A stretch of 64,000 nucleotides of DNA, taken from assembly GCA_051294375.1 (NCBI GenBank), contig CM119271.1, positions 3,317,061-3,381,060 on the forward strand, written 5' to 3'. Source of the DNA: Paraspadella gotoi. Its lineage: Eukaryota > Animalia > Chaetognatha. The position numbers and the translations under genes were made by a program. The notes under the pieces were generated by a model that did no database searches, was not told the origin of the DNA, and saw only the letters and a program-made list of their open reading frames with translations. Positions 37,345 to 50,465 of this stretch are shown here, piece after piece (position 1 is the first letter of the stretch; every line of letters starts with the position of its first letter).

Positions 37345-39942
37345 CTTGGGCACAGCAAGGCCGTCGGCGAGCGTGGACCCAGGCTTGACGTAAACGGGTT
37401 TCCCTGCCTTTATGGCCTCCGAAAAGGAGGGGCACTTGACCGACTCGGCTCCGTAGATGAGAACCTTCGGGTTGAGGCTTTTGATGGCGAGAGCGGTGCC
37501 GGCGATGAGCCCTCCGCCGCCCGCGGGGATGATGACAGCCTCGACGTCGGGCACCTTCTCCATAATCTCCAACCCCATGGTCCCCTGGCCAGCGAGGATG
37601 TGGGGATGGTCGTAACCGTTGACGTAGAGGAGACCTCGGTCGTGGGCTAATTTAAGCGCGTGGCGGCGACTCTCGCCTGGTTAGAGAAAGAATAGAGGAA
37701 ATTAAAAAACGAGAAAAAGGATCAAGAGAACTAAAACATATTTGGGTAAGTTCGTCACTCGACTCACCGATGTGATTCCCTTCGATAATAATCTCGGCTC
37801 CGAATTGTCGGCAGCCGGATATTTTCATGATCGGCGCCGTCTTTGGCATCACCAACGTCACGGGGACCTTCAAGTCTTGGCCGTGATACGCCATGGCGAG
37901 AGCGTGGTTGCCTTGGAAAAAAAAACTTTTTGTACTTTTGGTCAAATTATTTTAAACCAAGTGCTTGCGCTAAATTTCCATTGCGAAGCTATAGAAAGAA
38001 GCTGAAGGATGATTACATTGAAGTTGATTGTTTAATAATTTATTAGAAAGCAAATTACGATTGACACCCTAGCCGCGGCTTGCTGCAATATCTAAATACG
38101 GCAAATTCAAATCTAAACGATTTTATTTACCACCTCATATAAGTAGGTATAAGTAAAAGAAAAATGTTAAACCAAATTAAATGATCATCCACAACAAGAG
38201 GGTGCTTTTTCGTCGTTTAAACGATGTATCGGTTTGCTGTCAATGATAAATTCCAATTACTAAGTGCGAAATCTCATAAAAATGACAATATCTGATAACG
38301 GGGAGATTAAAAAAGTACAAAAGAAAAATGAATGCAATCAATCAGTCAATGCCACAACGAAAATTTGGAAAGAATAAAAATTACATAAATTAATATTTAA
38401 TGTCTCGACGTCGCGTTTCCAGGAAACAGAAGCGACCCCATTTAAATTTTGAAAGATATTCGCAAAAGCCCCGAGAGAATTCTAGCGTCAAAGAAACGGA
38501 TCGTCGACATGTTAGTTAAATATTTTCCGAAACATGCGGAAAAAACAAGTTTGAGCAAACAATGTCGGATCTGCCCACGATCATCATCGGTAATTAATAA
38601 TTAATAAATAATTAATTAATTCAAGTTAATTAATTAATTTATTCAAGTTAATTATTTAATTAGGCAATTTGATCCAAAATATTTGTTTTGATTGATTAAT
38701 TGACTGATTAATTATTTATTAATTAATTAATTGACTAATTGATTAATTAACTGATTAATTGTTTGATTAATTAATACATTTTGCATTTACATTTAAAATA
38801 ACAAAAACAATCAATTAGTTAAACAGGTTTTTTGTTTTTTCCATTTATACTCATTTCCACTCAAACGATTCCATCGAAACTTTTCTACCCAAATACAAAA
38901 TTTCAAGTCAATCGCCCCATCCACTCATGAGTAATTGGTGTTCAAATAGTGAAATATATTTTTTTGTTTTTTCCATTTAAACTCATTTCCACTCGGACGA
39001 TTCTATAGAAACTTCATATCCAGCTCAATCACACACTTCCCTACCCACACACAAAATTTCATTCCAATCCATCCATCCAATCACGAGTAATTGATACTTT
39101 TTGCTAAGGTGGGACGGACGGACGGACAGACAGACGTATGGTTTTTGCATAACATGATATAAATTGAGGGGGCGGACCGACGGACCGACAAAGTGAATTA
39201 TAGAGTCGGGGAAAAAATGACAACAAAAATACTGGTATAAAAGACTAACTTTATGAAATCCGGAAACAAAGGAATGAAGTGAATGACAAAAACTTTCACG
39301 GATATGCTAGAGGCATTACCGGCGCTAGCAGCGATGACTCCCTTTCGTTTCTGTTCGTCGCTCAGCTGGATGAGGGTATATCTGGCACCCCTCTCCTTGA
39401 AACTCCCGGTGTACTAATTTAAACACCGGGAGGCAGGAACGAGCACGCGAAACAAAGTGGGTACAAGCGGATAATCGATAATTTAGGCCGGAATTCCGAT
39501 CAACTTTCGGAACTCTTCACTTTATACTTAACGGAAAGACAGAAAAAACGCGTTTTTTTCCTCGAATTAACCTGCATCTGTTCCTTCTTGAAATAAAGAT
39601 CCATGTTGTAGTACTTGGACAGATGCGAGTAACCACAAGGCGTCCTGCGGATGCCGGTGGCGATCTTGAAGGAGGCGGCGCTGATATCCTCGAAGGAGAT
39701 CGTCCGCGGGTTGTCAGGATCGCACCAGGGATCCCGGTACTGCTCCGGCGTCTAAAAATATGGCGAAATTAAAGTAAGAAATTTACATAGATAAAAGCGG
39801 GAATTTAAATAGAAATTCGGTTTCTCCTCTAACTCACCACGTCAGCGGTGTCGCCGCTCGTTGGGCCGTTGCCATCCTTCCGCGCCGCGTTCGCCTTGCA
39901 CTTGACAGGGCAAGCGGAGATGACTTTTGGTTCGCTCTCCAT
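37345..39942 (-). CDS. Threonine/serine ammonia-lyase, 5' exons (duplicated copy, frame intact, no 3' exons before the gap)
   Basis: Matches 29759-32360 and lacks the indels seen there. Confidence 0.75.
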
Positions 39943-40401
39943 TGTCGCTCCGTTCGCCGCGTTTTCTTTCGTCGGCGGAGATTATAATTTCCTTTTCTGA
40001 TTGTGGCGCCCTCCAAGCGGGAAGTTTAACTGTTCGAAGTCCGCGTAAGCGACGGCTGCGTCGGTAGATTCTAGGTCTCCGGTTTCATCTGTGGGCGTCG
40101 GCAAAATGCGGTAAAAATACGAAAACAACCAGGACTTACATATTTATCGCAACCAGAAAAAAACATTTCAGCAAATCATGACACAAACATTGAAAAATCA
40201 TAAGGGAAAAAATCAGGTAGTCAATGCGATAGTTAGAATGAATTTGTAAGTTTTAGAAGATATTTTCGTCTCGTTCCTAGAGGATACGTTTAAAATCACC
40301 GCATCTGCCAGAAGCGCCCGTTGACTTCGATCGTTTTAACATCCACTCGCATCCAAACGCCATCAACTAGTTCCCTCCTTCATCCTCCTCCGGAGCGCAA
40401 A

Positions 40402-40563
40402 TCATTTCGATCCTTTTATCCATTTTCTCAGGAAATAAATCCCGGCGATGGTCCCGTAAGTCGCCATGGCAACATTGGCTCGTCCCGTCTTCGTGTAAGA
40501 GTTGAACCTAACGGCCCAACCTTTCAGTTCGATACCGGGCGGGGGCGCTTCTCCTCCGGCCAT
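40402..40563 (-). CDS. ATP5MK: ATP5MK paralog b, duplicated copy
   Basis: Identical CDS to 32822-32983. Confidence 0.8.
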   Translation of the reverse strand: MAGGEAPPPGIELKGWAVRFNSYTKTGRANVAMATYGTIAGIYFLRKWIKGSK

Positions 40564-40850
40564 TTCTTTTCTGGTATACGAGTGTCGATACGATGGAAGC
40601 GTCTGCCAGAATTATTTACAGCTCTTCTGAAAATCAAATCAGCAAAATGGTGATCAAAATAAAAATATTGTTGAGATTTGTAGTTTCATTTTAAGTTGGC
40701 TTGCCATCAGGAAAAAAGATAATTCTATACATTGACCCTCCTTAATTTATTGCGAAAACCCTCAGAAGTGTAAAAAGCCTTCGTAATATTGCGATATTAT
40801 CAATAAATTTTTCCTAATGGCAAGAAGAAAAAGAACAACCAAAAATGAAT

Positions 40851-41057
40851 TCATTTCTTCTTGCAATCGTCTTCGCATTTGGCCTCGTCAATGGCTTTCA
40901 TCATCTTCTTGTAGACGTAGCGAGCAACGCAAATCGAGAAAATAACTCCGTAGGTCGCCATGGCAACATTGGCGCGGCCCGTTCGGGTATAGGAGTTGAA
41001 GGTCTTGCTTACTCCTTCCAAAACAACGCCAGGTGGAGGTTCGTCGCCGCCGGCCAT
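40851..41057 (-). CDS. ATP5MK: ATP synthase subunit k/DAPIT paralog a
   Basis: MAGGDEPPPGVVLEGVSKTFNSYTRTGRANVAMATYG...; 68 aa with a charged C-terminal extension. Confidence 0.85.
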   Translation of the reverse strand: MAGGDEPPPGVVLEGVSKTFNSYTRTGRANVAMATYGVIFSICVARYVYKKMMKAIDEAKCEDDCKKK

Positions 41058-41308
41058 CTCACACGCTCGGGACAGGGAGGTTTTGTTGTTGCGATGTTTC
41101 TTTCACTCGACCTTTAAGCTTTTATTTATACCTTTACTGTTTAATATCAATAAATTTAACTGTGCCTGATAAAAAAAAAAAAAGGTACAACTATAAAATA
41201 AATAAATAAAAAATTGGCGAAGAGAATAGAATATAAAAACGAGTGCGAAATAGCAACGGTTAAAATGGCACATCCTCTAGAGACGCAGTTTGTAGTCCGA
41301 CCCTAATC

Positions 41309-44300
41309 TCAGCTTTCCGTGGCTAATTCGGAGACGCGACAATATATCGAGTCGAGCAGGTCCAGCTGAACGCAGGAGTCTTTAAGAAACTTAGTCTCCT
41401 GTTCGGGCGAGAGTTGTGGAGTCGTAGGAGTCTCCAAGGCGACTTCGGTTGTCGAACTCTTCGTTCCCAACTCGAGCTTTCGAGAGAAATAAACGAAAAA
41501 AAATTAAATCCGCTTCATTTAATAACACATTTTTATCTCCAATCATCACGGGGCTTACATTGCGGATCTCCAGCTCGTAGTGCCCTCTCGTCAGATCGAT
41601 CGCTTTTCGCAAGGGATCAAGAAATTTCTGTCGAATGGAAGAAAGACCGGACCAGATACCGCTGGCGTTTCGTGTCTTCGGATCACGAATGAACAAAAAT
41701 CTGAATGAATGGAGGATAAGAAAATGAGTGAAAAAAAAAGCAATATAAACGGGTTGCGATGCATCGACTATTTCGATCATGCATCACAAATATCAAATAA
41801 GCAATGTTGCACAACCAACCGCTCTTCATCCTGTATTTCTATTCAGCAAGATTCAAAACTCAAAAGGAATTTCAGCGAGTAACGTACCTGGCCAAGTTAA
41901 GAGCGGCCATGAGGGTTTCTTGATTCTCCAACAAATTCGTCTCGACTCCGTCGGGGAGGAAGAACATCTGGCGGAACCACGGTATCATGGAGGCTCCGAG
42001 GAAACGGCGATGGGTTGCCGAGAGGTGGACGACTTTCTCATGGGGGGAGGACCTGGGCGTCACGGCGTCGAGAGCGGATTGAATTTCTGGTTTGAGCAGG
42101 TAAGAGATGACGAAGCCCCTTTGGATAAAAACAGAAAATGCTTAACATCGATGAAAATAGTTACGCATGCTAAGTAAAAATATAGCACAGTAATAAACAA
42201 ATCCAAATTAAACCTGAGGCCGGAATGAGCGGCGACGGCATAGAGACGGCGAATAAGAAAGAACCGCGCCTCGGGCTCGAATTTGCTGACGAAGATTTGG
42301 AGCCAGTCGACGGCCATTTTTCTGTAAAAAATTGTTGTTGTATGGCAATGGGAGGATAGCCTGTGATACCCGGGGCGCGGGGTATCTCACCAACTGGCAT
42401 AGGGGCTGCGGACCCTCAGTGACCGCCTCCTGTCACTGGCATGTTTATACCGGCACCGTCACATTTAAGCCAGAACCGGGATACCCAGGGATTGAACCCG
42501 GGACGCACGGATGGAATGAGATGATTTAGCCTGCTCAGCCATTGAGACGAGGCTGAGGACGGACAGCAGTGAGGCAGCTTTAAGTCTTGCTGCCACAGTT
42601 GACGCTTTAATGTTTTGCAGTCGTACAAATAAATTTTGAGTAATTATATCTTTAAATAACCACTCCATAACAGTTAACCATCCCAATGATACCTCTATCC
42701 CCCACCTGACTAGTTTAGAAGGGCATTCGATGATGACCGTTTCGCAGACGTCGCTTAGGATTTTTTTAACGGCGGGCTCCTGCAACGCCTTCCGGTCGAG
42801 CGATCCCGGCGCCAACTTTTCCGTCGCCGATTCCAAGCTCTGCATGCCCTTGAGGACGATCAGATCCGTCCCAGCCAGCAGCAGCGGCGACGTCAACGCG
42901 GCGACGCAGCAAAAAACCTGTTCGGCGCTGTAGACGAGCGGAATGGCCGGCGTCCCGAGACGGAGAAGCGCGTGAGCGAAACAGCCGGCGGCCAAGCCGC
43001 TGACTTTGGCCGGTTTCTCATCGTCGGTATCTTTGGATACGTTCTCGTCGTCGTCGTCGGCCTCTTTTTCAACTTTCTTCCTCTTCCTCCTCCTCGCCGC
43101 CCGATCGATCTCTTCCTTCAACGCCGTCATCGCCGAGACTCCGTCCGAGAAGAATCCCTCAACGAGCGATAAGAGACGCAGAAATTGCCTCTCCAAATCA
43201 GAAGGTGGCGACTGAGCGGCGCCTCCGACGCAGATCTTGTTCAGCAATTCGGGCGACGGTTCCAACGACGACGACGCCGCCGCCTCCGGGGAATCGACGC
43301 CAAGTTCGAAGTGGCACGGCGCCAGGGGGACGTCGAAGAGGGAGAAGATATGCTTAACGAAGGATTCCACTTCTAAATTGGGATCAATCAGCGGATTCGT
43401 CCTCGTTTTGGCCCCTCGTCCCTTCCAAGTTTTGATGATTTCCGGTTGGAATTCGGCGACAAATCCGATCGTGGATGTGACAGAGACGGCGATCCTTTGA
43501 TAGAGAAAAGGCCAACGTTAAATTATTAATTGTTAAATTGTTAATTATAACAAGAACAAGCCACCCAAATAACACACACCCACCAACATACCGCGTCGTC
43601 TCCAAGCATTGATCCGCCAAATTCAACTCGCTCATTTTTTCGATCTTCTCGAGCGACGGCGGCGCCAGCGTCGCCAAGTGACGTCGCACAGTGTGCAGCG
43701 CCATCGTCGTGGATTTCCAGCGCGCCCTATTCTCTAAGCCGTTTCCCATTTTGACGAGGACGGACGCCAGCGGCGCCACCAAGTGGCAAAAGGCGACGTC
43801 ATCGAATTCGCTCTTTTCCATCGCTTCGAGCAAAGTCAAAAGCGCCTCTTTTGGCGGGAATGACTCGATGGCGCGACAAAAAAGGGCGCGGATAATGGAC
43901 TCGAATTTCGGAGGGTTGATTCGCTCCTCGCCGGAAGGGGCGAAGCCACTGAAAGACAACGCGCGTAGGGGTATCACAGAGACAGCTCATATACAAAGAC
44001 ATCCAGGTTTAATTTCCCGCCAAAGAAATTGAAATGGACAATGACGGAGAATAATCGAAATAATCTGATTTGAATAAGAGGAGAGGGAGGGATGAGATTG
44101 GCCCTTACCCAATTAATTCTACGATGACGCCAAAAATGCGCCAGACTCCTCTCCTCCACAAATCTTCGTCAAATTCCTCGTCGAGGATTGCTCGAAGGGC
44201 CTTTAGGTCTCGTCGATCGAGGAGAGTTCGAAGCCTCATCGCAAAGACCTCGACGGCGGCGTCGACATCCTCGGCATCCGTCGGTGGAGGGTCCTCTGAG

Positions 44301-44395
44301 AAATCCTCGGTGCCGATGGGCGGCGCCGCGGCGCCCGATGGGAAGATGGCGGCGTGCATCCCGACAAAATCGTCCAGAGTTTCGTTAAAAGTCAT
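41309..44395 (-). CDS. GLMN: Glomulin-like protein (with probable sequencing indels)
   Basis: PPKEALLTLLE, PAIPLVYS, ECPSKLVR, HSGL, PDGVETNLLEN..LMAALNLARY..IRD....GIW, FLDPLRKAIDLTRGHYELE, QLDLLDSIYCRVSEL motifs. Confidence 0.85.
42341..42597 (-). mobile_element. Solo LTR of the tRNA-containing TRIM
   Basis: Same insertion site and GTTG TSD as 34781-35548, but a single LTR. Confidence 0.88.
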
Positions 44396-44583
44396 TACGG
44401 GTCAACCGCTCGAGAAAATGATCTGTTCCTTCAAAAAATAAAATATTTAAAAAAAATATAACCATATTCGGAATATAAAAAAAAAAAGGTAAAAAGGATT
44501 AACATGGCAATAAATACAAGGATGAAAAAAGAGAAACGTTATCACCGGAGAAAAAATAAAAGGGGGAGAGAGGCGAGCGTTTT

Positions 44584-47500
44584 TTACTCCATCCCGTCGA
44601 TGGGTAAAAAGTCAAAATCGGGGGGATCCTCGGGGATCGGCGGCGGAGTTTCTGGAATGGAGATACCTTCGGCGTCCAGCATCTGAATTTTGATCTCCAT
44701 GTCGAGGAGCATGTCTAAGTTCTCTCGGGCAGACTGAGACGAAGGCGGCTGACTCAACAGCGCGCCCAAACCGTCCGTCCACACGTCGAAAGTCTGCGCG
44801 GGAAGTGAAAAAAAAAAAAGAGGAAAAATGATGGGTCAGGATTGACGGAAAACGAAAATGATGGGTCAGGATTGGTCAGTAAAGCAACAACGCAAATCCC
44901 ACCTTGTCGTCGAGCGCGAGAAAGTCAAGGAAGACGGGGTCGGAAGGTTCGCTCTCGAGTTGAAGAGAAAAGGCGAAAAGGCTTCGCTGACCGCCGCGTT
45001 GTCGCGATAGGAAAGGGCAGTTCTTGCCTAAAAGGCGATAATAATAAAATCAATCCCTACATAAAACACTACATAGTTGAAGTTCGATAAAAATAATCGT
45101 CGGCCTTAAACTCGCCCTTGAGAATATTCTTAATGTCGACGACGGCGACTTTGTTTAGAAGTTTCTCTGGCGCCGGAGGAGATTCGGCCGACATGTCGGT
45201 GAAGTCGTCGTATTGGAGGAACTTGTGGTCGGAAGAAAGACGACAAAACCTGAAATAAAGATTCCAGGTCAAACGTCCGTCAAAAAAAAAAAAAAGAAAG
45301 AAGAAAACTTCGCCTATACTTGTCGAGGGAGGTCCCGTTTAGCGTTGTTTTTGAACCATGAACCTTCGTCCAGAAAGTAAGACCTTTGGACGTTCTACAC
45401 GCGTACGAAAAGCCGTGAAAAAACTCGCCTGTATTTGTCGCGAGCGGTCCGTTTAGCGTTCTTGTTAAACCACGAGCCTTCGGCCAAAGAGTTAAGCCTT
45501 TGCACGCGAACCAGGTCCATCAACTCGACCTCTAACGCCTTTCGCAGATCTTGAATGGGTTTGGCTTGGAATTCTTTATCGTCACGGGCCACGATTTCTT
45601 TCGTCCTAAAACAAAGCTCAAAGCTAAAACAAGTAATGTCGATTTTGGAGCAGGCTCATCATTCATCAACCTGAGCTCCATAATTCTGTTGTAGGCGAGG
45701 TTGTCGAATTCCTTTTTGATGTCTTCCACAGTTTCCGGTTGGGCGTGGAGAGCGCGGACGATCTGCTCGCGAACCACGGCCATGACTTTGTTGAAATCGT
45801 TCGCCGAGGCGCGCATCTCTTTCCAGGTTTTGTTGACGAGGCGAGTGCACACGCAAAAGAATTCCTGCGTGAAAGGTTTTTTATATAACACTTTCGCGCA
45901 TTCGCCACCCAGCGAGCACGTCAAGCCCACTCACGTGAAAAGCGTCGTCGTGACTGAAGAAGAAGGGATGAAATAGCTGAGCGTGTTCCGCCTCGAGCGG
46001 CGGCTGCCCAACCTTGAGTACCTCGCAAATACACTTGGTTAAGGCGATGCAGCTTCGAATCACTGGACACTCGTGATCGTTTACGTCAAACCTAAAGGAG
46101 AAAAAATAATAAAAGAATGAAGAATTCGTCGACAGTTTTATATTGTGGCGAATCCCGTATAGCTTGGTGAAACTCAGCTTATCCAATTGGCTTGGACAGA
46201 TAAGTACTCGTTCACTGGAGTCCCGGGTTCAATCCTCTCACGGTCACGCTGGTTAAAGTGTGATGGTGTCGGCTTAAACATATAAGGGGAACACGCCAGT
46301 GACATGGGGTGGTCAGTGGTCACTGCATGTCCAAAACTGTCGGAAGATGCCTCACATCCCGGGCATCACACATGACCCCCGTTGCCATAATATTTTATTT
46401 TCTTATCGCTTAATGCTTACCTGGAATTTTCCAAGACCAGCCGCCTGAAATCGTCGACGTGATTTCGAGCTAAGTAGATAAGATTATCCAAGGCGAGAAG
46501 ACCCGGCGGCGAGACGTCGAAGTCCTCCCAGGGGTGCGCCGCGTTGGTGAAACCCAACTTCTTTGCCCAATCCTTGGCAAAGGGCGAAGACGACGAGGAT
46601 GAGAGCGTGGAGGCGCCGCCCGTGATGGAAGTGGCCTTCGTACTGCGGGCCGAGACCGTGGCGGAACCGTCTGGCGTCGATTGGGTAATTTTAAAGATCC
46701 AACGAGGCGACCCATCAGTTAAAAGATCTCTCACCGAAATCTAGATGCTCGAAAGCCACCTGGCGCAGCTCCACGATCTTAGCCCGCTCCAAATCGTCGT
46801 CCCTTTCCATCCTTGCGTGCATGCGTCGCGTAAGCGTGAACAGCATGCACGCCTCCAACACTTGCAACTGGTGCATCATTTCTTTGAAGAGGAAATTTGA
46901 GCAAATTATGTTTCTATCGATGAAAATCGTTTTATTTTTATTTTTTTACCGGGTTTAAGATGCCCATCTTTCGAGGGTCGCAGTATTTTTTCGTAGACGG
47001 CGTTGCGGATGCTGTGCAGCATCAGAGGATCGAATAGTTCCCGGTAGGAAACTTGCGTCGAAAGCGACGGAGGGTGAGAACCTCGGGGAGCCGAAGTGGG
47101 AATTGACTGTTGAGAGAAGAGAGAAAGAGATGGTCGGGTGAGTTTTGATTCCATGACCGCAAAAACGCGGGGAAATCAAAATGTACCTGCGTCTTGTTAG
47201 ACTTGATGAAGAAGGCGTTGAGAAGCGCCAAGGCGGCCGTCTGCACATCCACACGAGGCGACGTCTCAATGTGGTGGAGGACGTCTTCGAGTGGGACGCA
47301 TTTTGAGATCATCTTGACGCGATCAGCGCCGTTGGTGATGACGCCTGGAGAATAAAAGCGAGTCCGAGGAGAAATACCAAAAAAAAAACTTGGAATAGAT
47401 CAATAAATTAGATAAAGAAATGATCCATTAAACAAACGAAATACCTTCTAAAATGAGAAGGGAGTTGATAAGAACCGTGACTTGATTGGCATTAAGATTA

Positions 47501-48433
47501 GGCGCTTTGTTGCCACCCGACGAAGAGACCGCGGAAGGGGACCTGCGGTAAAAAAATGGGTATTTTTATTTATTTATTTAAAAAAAAAAAAAAAAAAAAT
47601 TCTATGTAAAACAATAATAAATAATAAATAGATTTCACCACAACTCGCCTGCAAATCGAGGAGACGTTGGTGGCGACTTGCTGGACGAAGGCCTCTTCAA
47701 TGACGTCCCAGCTCACGTGGCCGTGGTCCATGAGTTCCATGAAGGCGGAAAGTAGCGCCGCAGAGGCTTCGCCGGAGACGGCACCCGTCTCCACCATCGA
47801 CAAGAGGTGGGTCAGTCCGCGACGCTGGATAAACTCCGTGGCGAAGGTGTTGTCGCCGGAAAGGCGGGCCAAGTGCTGGGCGGAAATAATTTACGTATAT
47901 TTATTATTTAACCTCCTGAGCTGATGAGCGGTAATTATTGTAGAGAGAGAGAGAGCCACAAACGACTTATCAAGAATAAAAATCCAGCCCCTCTTCGCCT
48001 CTACCTGAGATATGTCTCTTAACTCTCTCGACTCATTGGCGCTCGTCGCCGTCTTGAGTCGATTCAGAATCTCCGCCGCCATCCTGCCCGCCGATGACGT
48101 GAGGCGAAGTACGTTGCCGTCCTTAACCTCATTTCGGTTTCGCTCCGTCACGTAGTGGAGGTAGTGGGGATGATCCTGAGCGTCCCACTGGAGAGCGTAG
48201 TGTTCGGCCGACTTGAGCTGCCATCCCAGGGCCAGTTCTTGGATGACGGCCGCCAGCGGCCGCTTTTGGTCCAGCTCCAGGAGCTGAGGGAACTGGTTGG
48301 GGACTTTGACCACCGGGGCGAAGGGTCCCAGCTCAAGCTTGACGGCAACCTTGGCAATAGTGTTGCGCGGCACGCCCTTTTCCGCGCGGACGATCCCTTG
48401 GGTGGGAAACGCGTCTATGGGGTTCGTCGACAT
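44584..48433 (-). CDS. ELMO: Engulfment and cell motility protein (ELMO/CED-12)
   Basis: AKVAV..PQLLELDQKRPLAAVIQEL..YVTERNRNEVKDGNVLRL; D.TFATEFI; PPGLLALDNL; NKTWKEMRA; PH-region FCRLS.DHK; LLDMEIKIQMLD..IPETPPPIPEDP. Confidence 0.95.
46144..46389 (+). mobile_element. Solo LTR of a second tRNA-containing TRIM family
   Basis: TGTGGCG...GTTGCCATA termini, 4-bp TSD ATAT, B-box cgggttcaatcc, and blocks shared with 42341-42597 (tgtga.ggtg.cgg.tt/ataaaca, gccagtgaca, cccggg.atcaca). Confidence 0.82.
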
Positions 48434-48610
48434 TCGGCTTTTTTTCTAGTTTATTTAATTGTCATGGGTCGAAGACCCCGTGCCAACTGTTTTTATAACA
48501 GAGAGTAAGAAGATACAACGTAAAAAACACGAACTTCAACAGTCAGTGGAGGTGGTCGAGATTCTAGTCTTCTAAGCCAAAGAAAAGGAAATAAAACAAA
48601 AGTAAAAATC

Positions 48611-50465
48611 TCAGTCCGGCTCGAAACCCTCGTCCCGCTCCTCGTCCGCAAAGACGTCGGCGAGCATATGTGAGGGGATTTCGCTTCCACGCACGCGCAA
48701 TGCGTAGCAGGCGCGCTCAACCTTTTCCAGACTGGATTTCAAAACATTGATTTTTCGGCCTGTAAGGGATCGAAGGATCGAAACAGGTAATTAATGTTTA
48801 ACTTGAAGAAGGGAAATTCCCACTTCTCATATCCTGTGAAATTGTGAATCCTTACCCATCTCTCGGGGACCCTGATTGCCGACGAGCAAAAACCCCGCGT
48901 GGACGCGCTTGAGAAAGGCGGCGACTCGAAAAGGCGTCTCGACGTCTCCTCGGGAGGTGGCCATGATGCAGAGGCGCATCAATTCTCCCGTCAAGTCGGC
49001 GACACCGAGACAGAATTCGGTAGGGGGGAGACGAAGGGAGGCCGTGTCTGGAATGATTGGGGACCAAGGCAAGAGAAAAGTCTATTTTTACTTTGCACCT
49101 TTTTAAAGGCCTTCATGTAGCGTAGCGTAGCCCTTCATGTAGCGTACTGGCAGATCGAAATTGATTAACGTGTGCCACGTGTCAAAACAGAATACGAAAT
49201 AAAAAAAAAAACTTTTAGACTTTCCTCGACTTATTATTTCCAAACCTGATGATTCGCAGGCGGAAAAATCTAACTCCCGCTCTGAATACGACGGCGACAT
49301 CAACCCTCCGGTTTTGAGATAATGCAAAAATGTTGCCGCTTCAACATACTCCTGAAAAAAATCGTGCGGTTTGTTCGTTTGATCATGGGTCTTGGCGCCT
49401 CTCTCCTTCTCAATATACATAACTCTCTATCTCTCTCTCCGTCGATTTTTAGTTTAAGACTCAGCTGATCCGCCCCACTATTTCCGAAATCCCAAAATGC
49501 TTCGAAATTCCGAATACAGTTGATGGGTGAAAAAAAAAAAACGACCGAAATTTAATATATCTCAGCCAAATAGATGAGCACTGAAAAGTCCACTGGAAAT
49601 CTCTGGACGTCTTCGAAAGAGCAAACCTGATAACCCCAGGTGACGGACTTGAGGAACTGATGGACCTCTGACCCTTTCAGCTCGGCGGCGATCTTGGCCA
49701 ACTTCTCGCGTCGCACGAAGGAGAGTTTATCTTCGGCTTCGGCCAAAATCTTCCGTCGCTCTTCGCTCGCGAGGCCGACAGAGCGGTGGAGGGTGAAGAT
49801 CACGCGTTTGCTCTCTTTAAGTCGTTTTTGAAAGGCCAAATGGGGTGGTTACTAAATTATGGCCATTAGAAACTAAATGCTACGATTAATTTTACTCTTA
49901 GATGAATCTATCGGTAAAAAAATCCGCACCGATGGTGACGTCCCGGGTGAGTTTGATGATTCTCTCGTTCCTGTCCTGCCTGTCGTCGAGGATCTCTCTA
50001 AATCCAGCGAACATGATCATCACGGGATTGTTGGGATCCACTTTCTGGCTAGAGGGATCGAGGGGGGGATTATAAGGAAGGAACTTTTGATGCAACCAAG
50101 AATGAGATCGAGTTCATCAATCTCATTTGCATATTGTGGTATTGACATTGACTTGTCATTAATTCTGTTCTTATGTCATTTCATGTTCTCATTTCACGAA
50201 TTCACTTTTGTCATTAGTGTAGCAATTGATGATAATGATTGATTAGAGAGTTTGGGAAGAAGAATCGCGTGCAGCGGCCAAAGACAAGCAGGAATTTTTT
50301 TCCCTTTGTACTCAGTTTCTATTCCCTTAGTGATAAGACGCTAACTTGCCTTTCCTCGGAGAGACGGGCTCGCGGTTTGGCGCCGCGCCTTCGACCGGCA
50401 CCGCTTCCGCCGGCGCCCCGTCGCCATTCGTTTTTAGAATCATCAGTTTTATCTGGAGACGACAT
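48611..50465 (-). CDS. TSNAX: Translin-associated factor X (TRAX)
   Basis: [66 protein letters not shown]. Confidence 0.95.

Larger units (their letters stand above)
29060..43409. repeat. ~7.3-kb tandem direct duplication (29060-36350 vs 36643-43409) separated by N-gaps; probable assembly/haplotype artefact
   Basis: Identical ORFs at offset 7586 (30066/37652). Differences are mostly 1-bp indels. N runs at 36351-36375 and 36633-36642. Confidence 0.9.
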
